From Firmicutes bacterium UBA4981 (GTDB taxonomy: Bacteria > Bacillota > SHA-98 > UBA4971), in contig DGZL01000138.1 in assembly GCA_002398515.1 (NCBI GenBank), positions 12,302 to 55,271 of the forward strand: a stretch of DNA of 42,970 bases. Direction: 5' to 3'. The translations under genes and the position numbers were made by a program. A model generated the notes under the pieces. The model made no database searches. It saw only the letters and a list, made by a program, of their open reading frames with translations, and was not told where the DNA came from. The number at the start of each line of letters is the position of its first letter. The stretch's first letter is position 1. Of the stretch, positions 7,842 to 16,053 are shown piece by piece.

Positions 7842-9035
7842 TTGACTGAGTTTTACGTTGACTTGCATGTCCACATAGGTTGTGACAGCCTGGGACGTCC
7901 GATTAAAGTATCAGGATCAAGAAAACTAACCTTTGAGAACATAGCCAAGGAATGCTTTTACAGAAAAGGCGTGGATATTGTCGGAATTGTGGACGCAGCA
8001 GCTCCGGGAGTAATCCGTGACATAGAGAATCTTCTTAATTCAGGGGAAATGATTGAGATTCCAGGCGGCGGAATCGGGTATAAAGATCGCGTTGTCATCC
8101 TCTTAGCTTCCGAGGTAGAGACCTCAGAGGAACATAGAGGACACTCCCATCACTTGATTCTCCTTAGGACTCTTGACACAGCGAAAGCGTTTTCTCGCAG
8201 CCTCCGAAGGTGTGTCTCTAATGTATTCTTCAGTACGCCTGTATGCGCAATGCCTGCCAGGGATCTCTACATGATGGCAATGGATGCGGGGGCAACTCCC
8301 TTTCCTGCCCACGCCTTTTCGCCGCATAAGAGTATCTATGGAAACTGCGTGAGAAGGCTTGATGACGCGTTTCCCGATGACATTTTGGATTCTCTTCTTG
8401 CGATAGAGTTAGGCCTTTCTGCTGATACGGATCTGGCTGATACCATCTCTGAACTGGGGCAGTACACGTTTCTTTCTAATTCCGACGCTCATTCACTGCC
8501 GAAGATCGGGCGGGAATACAATGTTATGCTTCTGGAAAGTGCGTCATTTGATGAGACCATAAAAGCGCTGGCGCGCAAAGACGGTAGACGGGTAGTAGCT
8601 AACTATGGATTGGATCCGAAGCTTGGGAAGTACCACAGGACCTACTGCCCTGTGTGCGACAGGACCTTCCAAAAGGAGACACCCCCTGTTCTCCGGTGTC
8701 CTGAATGTAACAGCACATCTGTTGTAAGAGGAGTCCTCGACAGAATTGCGGATATCCAAGATTATCCTGTTCCGGAACATCCCGTGCATAGGCCTTCGTA
8801 TCGGTACCAGATTCCTTTGGAATTCGTGCCCGGGATAGGCCCCAAGTCCATAGACAAGTTGATCTCCCGGTTCGGAAGTGAAATGTCGGTTCTTCACACC
8901 GCACGAGAAGAGGAGTTGGCAGAGGTGGTAGGAAGGAAGGCAGCCCACCTAATAATTGAGGCACGTGAAGGAATGCTCCCTCTTGTTGCAGGAGGAGGAG
9001 GACATTATGGCAAGGCTCTCATAGAGAACAGTTGA
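7842..9035 (+). CDS. endonuclease Q family protein (PHP domain + Zn finger + HhH; TIGR00375-like)
   Basis: Contains YVDLHVHIG (PHP metal site), ELGLSADTDLADTISEL..FLSNSDAHSLPKIGREYN, the Cys4 finger YCPVCDRTF...RCPECNS, and IPGIGPKSIDKLISRFGSE (HhH). TTG 7842 directly abuts the nudF TAG (7839-7841). Confidence 0.75.
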   Translation: MTEFYVDLHVHIGCDSLGRPIKVSGSRKLTFENIAKECFYRKGVDIVGIVDAAAPGVIRDIENLLNSGEMIEIPGGGIGYKDRVVILLASEVETSEEHRGHSHHLILLRTLDTAKAFSRSLRRCVSNVFFSTPVCAMPARDLYMMAMDAGATPFPAHAFSPHKSIYGNCVRRLDDAFPDDILDSLLAIELGLSADTDLADTISELGQYTFLSNSDAHSLPKIGREYNVMLLESASFDETIKALARKDGRRVVANYGLDPKLGKYHRTYCPVCDRTFQKETPPVLRCPECNSTSVVRGVLDRIADIQDYPVPEHPVHRPSYRYQIPLEFVPGIGPKSIDKLISRFGSEMSVLHTAREEELAEVVGRKAAHLIIEAREGMLPLVAGGGGHYGKALIENS

Positions 9036-9059
9036 GAGGTTTTGGTTCCGGAACTGCAC

Positions 9060-9088
9060 GCATAACACTTATAAAATGGACATACATA
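9060..9088 (+). promoter_or_regulatory. sigma-E-type (mother-cell) promoter candidate for spoIIM
   Basis: GCATAAC (9060-9066), then 14 nt, then CATACATA (9081-8). This compares with the remembered consensus kmATAww-N13-15-CATACAmT. spoIIM is sigma-E dependent in B. subtilis. Confidence 0.45.
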
Positions 9089-9119
9089 TGAAAGGAGGTG
9101 GTTTGGAGGAGGGGCGGCG

Positions 9120-9758
9120 ATGCCTTCAAAAACAGGGTCGGCTCAAGTGTTCAGTGACTATATGAGGAAACACATGCCCACATATGCAATTGTCATTGTC
9201 ATGCTGCTGATGGGGGTCATCTTCGGCGCGCTGGCCGCAAAAATCCTCCCGGAAAGTCAGAAGTCCGCACTGGCCCAGGATCTCACAGTCTTTTTTCGCG
9301 CCTTCGGCGACACAATGCAAGTGTCTGCTGTTTCCGCCTCGCGACAGGGTTTCTACAGCAATCTCAAGACTGTTTTCATCGGGTGGCTCCTAGGCCTTTC
9401 TGTGATAGGCGCCCCGGGAATAGGTATTCTTATGTTCTTGCGAGGCTTCATTATCGGATTTACAGTGGGATTTCTTGTTTTGCAAATGGCTATCAGGGGA
9501 GTACTGCTTGCGTTTGTATCTGTGCTACCTCAGAACCTATTCATAATTCCTGCGCTGATTTTCTCGTTCGAATCCTCGCTTGCATTTGCAAAAACGGTAA
9601 TCGAAGACCGGTTGACGAGTAGTCGAGTGCCTCTCTATCCTCAGTTTCTCCTTTCCTGCATCACACTCATAGGTGCTCTTGCCCTGCTTGGCATTGCCTC
9701 TATTGTTGAAGGCTTCATAACCCCGGTTTTTATAGAGTTGGTTTCCAGACACCTGTAA
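9120..9758 (+). CDS. spoIIM: stage II sporulation protein M
   Basis: 212-aa polytopic membrane protein with the SpoIIM-like core LGLSVIG.PGIGILMFLRGFIIGFTVGFLV. RBS GGAGGAGGGG is present. It sits next to xerD as in Bacillus. Confidence 0.75.
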   Translation: MPSKTGSAQVFSDYMRKHMPTYAIVIVMLLMGVIFGALAAKILPESQKSALAQDLTVFFRAFGDTMQVSAVSASRQGFYSNLKTVFIGWLLGLSVIGAPGIGILMFLRGFIIGFTVGFLVLQMAIRGVLLAFVSVLPQNLFIIPALIFSFESSLAFAKTVIEDRLTSSRVPLYPQFLLSCITLIGALALLGIASIVEGFITPVFIELVSRHL

Positions 9759-9787
9759 TTGCAGGCCTCGGAGGGTCATGCTATACT
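9759..9787 (+). promoter_or_regulatory. sigma-A-type promoter with extended -10, upstream of xerD
   Basis: TTGCAG (9759-9764), then 17 nt ending in TGC, then TATACT (9782-9787). Confidence 0.5.
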
Positions 9788-9878
9788 GGTAAAAATAGCT
9801 CATCCTGCAGACTAATGGCTTCTCGGCCATACTTATGATTGTCTTGTGTTTGTGCTGTGCTTTTTGGAGGTAGATGAG

Positions 9879-10772
9879 TTGACCTGGATAGATGAGTTCC
9901 TCGCATATCTTTCTTGTGAGCGAGGCCTTGCCAAAAATACGATAGAGTCATATGGGAGAGATCTCAGTCAGTTTGAGGAATTTGTCAATGATACTTACGG
10001 TATTCAGCTGGAGGATGTGAGTGAAGATATTATTTTGTCGTATGTAAAAGTCATGCGGGATCAAGGAAAAGCAAACTCCAGCATTTCAAGGTCAATCTCT
10101 TCTATCCGGGGGTTCTATGGTTTTACTCACCATGAAGGGCTGATGGAAGACGATCCTGCAACCAACATCTCTTCCCCTAAACAAGAAAAAACCTTACCCC
10201 AAGTCCTGAACGCAGAGGAAGTAACTACTCTCTTGGAAGCCCCGGCAACTCACACCCCGCCCGGTATTCGCGACAAAGCCATGCTGGAAACGATGTACGC
10301 TACCGGGATGCGCGTATCTGAGTTGGTGTCTCTGGATCTCGGGGATATTGACACTCATATGGGTTATGCCAAATGCATTGGCAAAGGGTCTAAAGAGAGG
10401 ATTATCCCTATGGGTGGTGTAGCCTGCCTTTGGGTAGAGACTTATCTTCGGTCAGCAAGGGAAAGGATGCTGCAAGGCAGAAGGGAGAAGGCTCTGTTTG
10501 TGAATTGCCGGGGGAAGAGGCTGACCAGACAGGGGTTCTGGAAAATCATCAAGGGTTACGCGAGGAAATGCGGCATTTCGAAAGACGTAACTCCCCATAT
10601 TCTCCGTCACTGTTTTGCCACACATCTCTTGGAGAACGGCGCAGACCTGCGGTCTGTCCAAGAAATGCTGGGGCATTCAGATATTGCTACTACAGAGATA
10701 TATACTCACCTTACCAAAGGGAAGCTAAAAGAGATCTATGACAGAACCCACCCACGCGCTGGGGGAGAATAG
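9879..10772 (+). CDS. xerD: site-specific tyrosine recombinase XerD
   Basis: N-terminal SAM-like domain (FLAYLSCERGLAKNTIESYGRDL). Catalytic residues are in ATGMRVSELVSL and HILRHCFATHLLENGADLRSVQEMLGH..IATTEIYTH. TTG 9879 is 8 nt after GGAGG; the longest ORF starts at GTG 9846. Confidence 0.85.
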   Translation: MTWIDEFLAYLSCERGLAKNTIESYGRDLSQFEEFVNDTYGIQLEDVSEDIILSYVKVMRDQGKANSSISRSISSIRGFYGFTHHEGLMEDDPATNISSPKQEKTLPQVLNAEEVTTLLEAPATHTPPGIRDKAMLETMYATGMRVSELVSLDLGDIDTHMGYAKCIGKGSKERIIPMGGVACLWVETYLRSARERMLQGRREKALFVNCRGKRLTRQGFWKIIKGYARKCGISKDVTPHILRHCFATHLLENGADLRSVQEMLGHSDIATTEIYTHLTKGKLKEIYDRTHPRAGGE

Positions 10773-10785
10773 GAGAGGGGTCGAC

Positions 10786-12096
10786 GTGAGAGTCTATGAC
10801 ATTATCTTGAAGAAGCGACGTGGCCATGAGTTGTCTGGGGACGAAATCAACTCGATGATTGACGGGTATACAGCAGGCGACATTCCCGACTATCAAATGT
10901 CCGCTTTTCTAATGGCCGTATTCTTTCGGGGAATGAGCGTACAAGAAACGTGTGACCTGACGATGGCAATGGCTCACTCAGGGGAAACCGTAGATCTTTC
11001 TCGTATTCACGGAGTCAAAGTCGATAAGCATAGCACAGGCGGAGTGGGAGATAAGACTACCCTGGTTCTTGCACCGCTTGTGGCCTCTTTGGGGGTTCCT
11101 GTAGCAAAGATGTCAGGCCGAGGGTTAGGCCATACCGGCGGTACCCTGGATAAACTGGAATCCATCCCCGGCTTTCGAGTTGACCTGTCCAAGGATGAGT
11201 TTATGGAAGCTGTGAATGAAACAGGAATTGCCGTGGTCGGGCAGACCGCTTCTATTGCTCCTGCTGACAAGAAGCTCTACGCGCTTCGGGATGTGACTGC
11301 TACGGTAGACAGCATACCGTTAATAGCCGGTAGTATATGTAGCAAGAAACTGGCTTGTGGGGCAGATGCCATTGTTTTTGATGTGAAGACCGGCAGAGGC
11401 GCGTTTATGAAATCTGAAGATGATGCCTTACGCCTGGCCCGATTGATGGTGGATATTGTAAGAGGGGCAGGGAGGATGGGCGCAGCTGTAGTCAGTGACA
11501 TGAATCAGCCTTTAGGATGCGCAGTGGGCAATTCCCTTGAAGTCATGGAGGCCATTGATACCCTGCGAGGGGAAGGGCCGGAAGATCTCCGAGAGCTGTG
11601 CTTATCCTTAGGGTCGATCATGCTTGTTCTGGGGGGCAAGGCCAAAAGCGCTGAGCAGGCTAGGCCAAACCTGATAAATGCCTTGGAGACCGGTGCTGCT
11701 TTAAGTAAGTTCGCTGACCTTGTATCCGCTCAAGGCGGTGATGTGAAGGTCCTTGACGCTCCGGATACCGTTCTCCCGTCTGCCAGGTGCCTGGAGGCGG
11801 TTCCAAGCGCTCGGTCAGGCTACATAAGCGAAATCGATGCAGAGAAGATTGGAGTGGCTTCTATGATCCTGGGCGCCGGACGCAGAACAAAAGACGACAC
11901 AATAGACCCTGCAGCCGGCATAATAATCCTAAAGAAAATCGGAGACAGGGTGGAGCAGGGTGAACCTTTGGTAATGCTCCATACGAATGATTGGGATACA
12001 CTTGAGCCTGCTGCTCAGCTCGTGATGTCATCATATGAAGTGTCCCGGGATAAGCCAGGTGTCCCAGAGCTTATCAGATACGTCATACAGGGCTGA
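10786..12096 (+). CDS. pdp: pyrimidine-nucleoside (thymidine) phosphorylase
   Basis: Contains YDIILKKRRGHELSGDEI, DYQMSAFLMAVFFRGM and VDKHSTGGVGDKTTLVLAPLVA...KMSGRGLGHTGGTLDKLESIPGF. GTG 10786 follows GGAGAATAGGAGAGGGG. Confidence 0.85.
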   Translation: MRVYDIILKKRRGHELSGDEINSMIDGYTAGDIPDYQMSAFLMAVFFRGMSVQETCDLTMAMAHSGETVDLSRIHGVKVDKHSTGGVGDKTTLVLAPLVASLGVPVAKMSGRGLGHTGGTLDKLESIPGFRVDLSKDEFMEAVNETGIAVVGQTASIAPADKKLYALRDVTATVDSIPLIAGSICSKKLACGADAIVFDVKTGRGAFMKSEDDALRLARLMVDIVRGAGRMGAAVVSDMNQPLGCAVGNSLEVMEAIDTLRGEGPEDLRELCLSLGSIMLVLGGKAKSAEQARPNLINALETGAALSKFADLVSAQGGDVKVLDAPDTVLPSARCLEAVPSARSGYISEIDAEKIGVASMILGAGRRTKDDTIDPAAGIIILKKIGDRVEQGEPLVMLHTNDWDTLEPAAQLVMSSYEVSRDKPGVPELIRYVIQG

Positions 12097-12130
12097 GGAA
12101 GCAGCTTCAACCCTTGTCAGACTCCCTTTT

Positions 12131-12165
12131 TCACGCGGGTGGGGTATATCGCTCCACCCGCGTGA
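12131..12165 (+). terminator. 12-bp perfect hairpin after pdp (weak terminator candidate, no U-tract)
   Basis: TCACGCGGGTGG (12131-12142), an 11-nt loop, then CCACCCGCGTGA (12154-12165). It is followed by ATATGTACG rather than a T-run. Confidence 0.3.
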
Positions 12166-12221
12166 ATATGTACGTGTACAGATGTGAATCTAGTGCGTGC
12201 TATGACAGGGAGGAAGTAAAA

Positions 12222-13433
12222 GTGGGCAAGAGAAGTGTCGTAGCAAGGACATTCCTTGCCGGCATCAACGTCATTCTGACTGTCGCGTTGCTTATCGCCG
12301 GAGGGCATGGACCGGCGTGGGTAGAGGCACAGCAGCTTTCTGCGGCTCCGAGCATTCCTATTTCTGCTGAGTCAGCCTTGCTTATGGAGTCGACTTCGGG
12401 AAAGATCCTCTTTGAGAAAAACCCGGACAAACCGCTCCCTCCTGCCAGTATTACAAAGATTATGACAATGCTCCTGGTTATGGAAAAAATAGACCAGGGT
12501 AAAGCCGGCTTCAGTGATATGGTGGTTGCCAGCGAGAGAGCGATGAGAATGGGAGGCTCTCAAATCTGGTTGGAAGTCGGGGAAGAAATGTCCTTAGAGG
12601 ACCTTATGAAGTCTATTGCCATTGTTTCGGCAAATGATGCCAGCGTCGCAGTGGCAGAGCATATTGCCGGCAGTGAAGAAGCCTTTGTGGACATGATGAA
12701 TGAGCGCGGACAGGAACTGGGAATGACAGGAACTAATTTCGTCAACGCCTCAGGTTTGCCTGACCCGAATCACTATTCGACTGCAAGGGATATCGCCCTT
12801 ATGTCTAGGGCATTACTGCGTTATCCGAAGGTGCATGAATGGTTTACCACTTGGATCGACTATGTCCGTGACGGGAAAAACATCCTTGTGAACACAAACC
12901 GTCTCATAAAATCGCATGAAGGTGTTGACGGGCTTAAGACGGGTTTCACTGAAGAAGCAGGCTATTGTCTCGCAGCGACTGCAAAGAAAGGCAGTCTGAG
13001 ATTAATTTCGATCGTGCTTAAGATCTCTGACTCAACCACACGCTTCAATGAAGCGTCAGCCCTTCTCGACCTTGGATTCAGGCACTTTACCGGGGTTGAG
13101 TTGGCAAGAGAAGGTGAAGTTATTGATGCAGTGGAGGTCACTCGAGGAGTAATGGATCACGTGGATGCAATTTGCCTGGATCCGTTGGTTGCGGTCGTGC
13201 CCAGGGGAGAAGAAGATAAGGTAAAAAGCGAGATAGTGCTGGCGAAAAAGGTTGACGCGCCTGTGGCAAAGGGTCAGAAGATCGGCGAAATGCTTGCCCT
13301 GACTGAAGATGGTTCAATCATAAGCAGGATTGCCCTGGTAGCTTCAGAAGACGTAAAGAGCGGCAACATCCTCACGGTAGTGTTTCGCATCTCCCGGAAC
13401 CTGCTCCGCGCTTTGTTTAGGACGAATCGATAA
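12222..13433 (+). CDS. dacF: D-alanyl-D-alanine carboxypeptidase (PBP5 class), forespore type by synteny
   Basis: Signal/TM segment, SITK (SxxK), SANDAS (SxN) and LKTGFT (KTG). GTG 12222 follows GGGAGGAAG. It lies immediately upstream of spoIIAA-AB-sigF, as dacF does in Bacillus. Confidence 0.8.
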   Translation: MGKRSVVARTFLAGINVILTVALLIAGGHGPAWVEAQQLSAAPSIPISAESALLMESTSGKILFEKNPDKPLPPASITKIMTMLLVMEKIDQGKAGFSDMVVASERAMRMGGSQIWLEVGEEMSLEDLMKSIAIVSANDASVAVAEHIAGSEEAFVDMMNERGQELGMTGTNFVNASGLPDPNHYSTARDIALMSRALLRYPKVHEWFTTWIDYVRDGKNILVNTNRLIKSHEGVDGLKTGFTEEAGYCLAATAKKGSLRLISIVLKISDSTTRFNEASALLDLGFRHFTGVELAREGEVIDAVEVTRGVMDHVDAICLDPLVAVVPRGEEDKVKSEIVLAKKVDAPVAKGQKIGEMLALTEDGSIISRIALVASEDVKSGNILTVVFRISRNLLRALFRTNR

Positions 13434-13458
13434 TAGGTATCTGAATTCGTGTCTTTCC

Positions 13459-13486
13459 ACAGCCCTCTAGGGCTGTTTTTCTTTTT
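13459..13486 (+). terminator. intrinsic terminator after dacF
   Basis: ACAGCCC (13459-13465), loop TCTA, GGGCTGT (13470-13476), then TTTTCTTTTT. Confidence 0.7.
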
Positions 13487-13497
13487 CGTAAGTCTTG

Positions 13498-13524
13498 GAA
13501 GGACTAATTAAGGGGCCGGAGAAT
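13498..13524 (+). promoter_or_regulatory. sigma-H-type promoter candidate for the spoIIA operon
   Basis: GAAGGACTA (AGGA at 13500-13503), then 11 nt, then GGAGAAT (GAAT at 13521-13524). This compares with the remembered RNAGGAwWW-N11-12-RNNGAAT. The spoIIA operon is sigma-H dependent in Bacillus. Confidence 0.4.
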
Positions 13525-13559
13525 AGGAATGAGACGGGAAAACAGGAGGAGGATTGTGA

Positions 13560-13907
13560 ATGAAGATTGACGTCAGGGTCATTGGCCGTGTTCTGGTTGT
13601 CGGTATCTTCGGGGAGCTTGACTTGAATACGGCACCGAGCTTCCGTGACGCAGTTGAAGAGCAGCTCGACTCGAATCCTGATATAAATGACATCCTTCTT
13701 ATAATGCGTGATGTTACTTTCATTGACAGCTCAGGGTTGGGAGTGATTCTAGGCAGGTACAAAAGGCAGAGACCCCATGGTGGGAATGTCATAGTAGCGG
13801 CCCCCTCGCCGCAAGCGCGAAAAGCCCTGGAGTTATCGGGCTTGGCAGGCATCATACCTATTTGCGACACCGAAGATGAGGCCTGGGCCAAGGCTGTGGG
13901 GGTGTAA
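13560..13907 (+). CDS. spoIIAA: anti-sigma-F factor antagonist (STAS domain)
   Basis: 115 aa. The motif FIDSSGLGVILGRYK contains the phosphorylatable Ser. RBS is AGGAGGAGG. Confidence 0.9.
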   Translation: MKIDVRVIGRVLVVGIFGELDLNTAPSFRDAVEEQLDSNPDINDILLIMRDVTFIDSSGLGVILGRYKRQRPHGGNVIVAAPSPQARKALELSGLAGIIPICDTEDEAWAKAVGV

Positions 13908-13911
13908 CGTT

Positions 13912-14364
13912 ATGAGCATAAAAAACTATGTAACCCTGGAATTTCCTGCGGTTCCCGAGAACGTGGAATTTGCCAGAACGGCGGTTGCGTGTTTTGCGTC
14001 GCAAATCAACTCATTTACTTTAGAGGAAATCGACGATATCAAATTGGTAGTGTCAGAAGCGATATCCAACACCGTGCTCCACAGTTACGGTGTTTCCGGA
14101 GGTATTGTCCGGCTGTCTGCAGTGAGAAACGATGACACGCTTTGTGTCACAATCGAAGACTTCGGGAAGGGCATAGCCGACGTGGAACAGGCAAAGGAGC
14201 CGGCTTTTACCACGGACCCGGATAGGATGGGTATGGGGTTCACGATAATGGAAGCGTTATCAGATGAGCTCCGTGTGTCTTCCGTCCCAGGAGAAGGGGT
14301 TAAGGTTGAGATAAGAAAGTCACCTCATGGGACGGCGAAGGACAGTGATGAACCGGAGGTTTGA
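13912..14364 (+). CDS. spoIIAB: anti-sigma-F factor / serine kinase
   Basis: Contains LEFPAVPENVEFARTAVA, VVSEAISNTVLHSY (N-box), EDFGKGI and PAFTTDPDRMGMGFTIME, aligning with B. subtilis SpoIIAB. ATG 13912 lies 4 nt after the spoIIAA stop. Confidence 0.9.
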   Translation: MSIKNYVTLEFPAVPENVEFARTAVACFASQINSFTLEEIDDIKLVVSEAISNTVLHSYGVSGGIVRLSAVRNDDTLCVTIEDFGKGIADVEQAKEPAFTTDPDRMGMGFTIMEALSDELRVSSVPGEGVKVEIRKSPHGTAKDSDEPEV

Positions 14365-15112
14365 TCAAATTCGATTTCCTGCTCTGCCCCTCCTCACCAA
14401 TGAAGAGGTGCATGAGCTAAAAAAACGGATTCGTGCCGGGGATGGAGATGCCCGCGAAGAATTGGTCTCGCGAAATCTACGCCTGGTAATGAGTTTAGTA
14501 AACAGGTTTTCCCTTGAAGCAGATGAGAAGGAAGACTTATTCCAGGTAGGATGTATCGGACTTCTGAGAGCAGCTGACCGATTTGACGAATCATGCGGGA
14601 CTCGCTTCTCTACGTATGCTGTGCCGGTTATCCTCGGGACAATTCGGGAACATCTTCGTTCCTCAGGGCAGCTCAAGATTGGAAGAACACTCCGGGACAG
14701 AGCTGTCAGAGTCGAAGAAGTATTACGTATTCTAAGGGCCGAATTAGGGCGAGAGCCCGGCATTGATGAAATTGCCGGGAAATGCGGACTGCGTAACGAA
14801 GAAATAGTTGAGGCCCAAGATGTCCTGAGGCCTATGGTGTCTCTTTCCGAATCTCTCTCCTCCGACGATTCCCTCCACATTGAAGACAGAATTGCCTCCC
14901 TTTCCTTTGCGGACGACCAAATAGAGTCGATTGCACTTCAGCAAGCTATGACGCTCTTGAATCCCACAGAACGAGCGATAATAGAGATGAGGTTTTTCCA
15001 TGAGTTAAAGCAGATGCAGGTCGCTGAACGACTTGGCATTTCCCAGCCGCAAGTCAGCAAGATTGAGAAAAGCGCGCTGAAACGCTTGCGACAGGAACTG
15101 GATGCCGTGTAA
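14348..15112 (+). CDS. sigF: RNA polymerase sporulation sigma factor F
   Basis: Region 2 reads ELVSRNLRLVMSLVNRF...EDLFQVGCIGLLRAADRFD...FSTYAVPVILGTIREHLR. The region 4 HTH reads KQMQVAERLGISQPQVSKIEKSALKRLR. The start overlaps the spoIIAB end, as is typical. Confidence 0.9.
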   Translation: MNRRFDQIRFPALPLLTNEEVHELKKRIRAGDGDAREELVSRNLRLVMSLVNRFSLEADEKEDLFQVGCIGLLRAADRFDESCGTRFSTYAVPVILGTIREHLRSSGQLKIGRTLRDRAVRVEEVLRILRAELGREPGIDEIAGKCGLRNEEIVEAQDVLRPMVSLSESLSSDDSLHIEDRIASLSFADDQIESIALQQAMTLLNPTERAIIEMRFFHELKQMQVAERLGISQPQVSKIEKSALKRLRQELDAV

Positions 15113-15216
15113 CAGCTAATATAGTCTTTTCCCACATCTTCAAGTGTCCTATCCCTATCCCTCGCATGTTCCTCAAGCAATCATGCTTCAAACAGTCACA
15201 CGCGTTAGATCTCAGG

Positions 15217-15247
15217 AGAATTAAACCTCCATTACATGCGCATAATT
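15217..15247 (+). promoter_or_regulatory. forespore (sigma-G/F-like) promoter candidate upstream of the dodecin-spoVA genes
   Basis: AGAATT (15217-15222), then 18 nt, then CATAATT (15241-15247). This compares with the remembered TGAATA-N18-CATACTA and is only a partial match. Confidence 0.3.
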
Positions 15248-15272
15248 AGAAAAGAGAAAGGGGGCACAGCCT

Positions 15273-15479
15273 GTGTCAGTAGTCAAAGTCGTGGAATTAC
15301 TGGGTGAGTCAACGACAAGCTGGGAACATGCAATACAGGAGGCTGTCAGCGCAGCATCCAAGACCATCCGGAATATCACAGGTGTCGAAGTGTTGAATAT
15401 GACCGCCTCTATAGAAAACGGCGAGATTGCGAAATACAAAGCCAATGTGAACGTAGCTTTCTCCGTGGACGACACCTAG
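15273..15479 (+). CDS. dodecin-family flavin-binding protein
   Basis: 68 aa: VVKVVELLGESTTSWEHAIQEAVSAASKTIRNITGVEVLNMTASIENGEIAKYKANVNVAFSV. This follows the dodecin pattern (+ELVG-S..SWE.A...A...A.KT+R.+...EV......+.NG.I..Y+....+.F). GTG start follows AGAGAAAGGGGG. Confidence 0.65.
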   Translation: MSVVKVVELLGESTTSWEHAIQEAVSAASKTIRNITGVEVLNMTASIENGEIAKYKANVNVAFSVDDT

Positions 15480-15561
15480 TCGTAGCATGTATTGGATGCG
15501 TGTGAGTCAGGGGGTATATGCGAAGGTGCCGTCTGAAAAGGCCAGAAAGCAGATAACAAAG

Positions 15562-16032
15562 ATGCCTGAGACTATCCAGGCAGCCCAGGAGCAAAAGCGC
15601 AGGCAAGAGGCTTATCAGCAACTGGTGGCTGAAAGGACGCCAAAGCCTCCGTACCTCCGACATTTCCTCGTTGCATTTATGACAGGCGGTGCCGTTTGTG
15701 CGTTAGGCCAATTTGTCTTAGGCATCTTCATGGGGCGAGGACTGGATATCAACGCAGCGTCCGCTCCTACCCTCGCAGTCATGATTTTACTGGGTATAGT
15801 CTTAACTGCATTCGGGATCTACGATGAATTTGCTGAGTTTGCCGGGGCAGGGGCTGCAGTGCCTATTACAGGGTTCGCAAACACAGTTGCTGCGTCTGCC
15901 ATGGATTTTAAGCATGAAGGTTGGGTTTTGGGAATGGGGGCCAAGATGTTTATTATTGCAGGTCCTGTCATTGTGTATGGCATTTTGAGCGGAGTGTTTG
16001 CCTCTTTCATAACGTATATTATTCGGTTATAG
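15562..16032 (+). CDS. spoVAC: stage V sporulation protein AC
   Basis: Contains PKPPYLRHFLVAFMTGGAVCALGQ and GIYDEFAEFAGAGAAVPITGFANTVAASAMDFKHEGWVLG, closely parallel to B. subtilis SpoVAC. The start is uncertain: ATG 15562 fits homologue length, and in-frame alternatives are GTG 15526 and ATG 15487. Confidence 0.85.
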   Translation: MPETIQAAQEQKRRQEAYQQLVAERTPKPPYLRHFLVAFMTGGAVCALGQFVLGIFMGRGLDINAASAPTLAVMILLGIVLTAFGIYDEFAEFAGAGAAVPITGFANTVAASAMDFKHEGWVLGMGAKMFIIAGPVIVYGILSGVFASFITYIIRL

Positions 16033-16053
16033 CCTGAAGGGAATTACTGTGCT

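Noticed and set aside
9846-10772. Tyrosine recombinase as a marker of an integrated mobile element.
   Set aside because: Its sequence and its position between spoIIM and pdp/dacF match chromosomal XerD (ripX) synteny. There are no flanking repeats, phage genes or IS genes.
12163-12192. Sigma-G/F promoter for dacF (TGAATA at 12163-12168).
   Set aside because: The -35-like hexamer is present, but the -10 region at the correct spacing (GAATCTA) matches CATACTA at only 4/7 positions. The hexamer is also part of the hairpin arm. This is too weak to call.
14365-14880. 171-aa minus-strand ORF.
   Set aside because: It is antisense to sigF. Its Ser/Arg-rich shadow composition carries no motifs.
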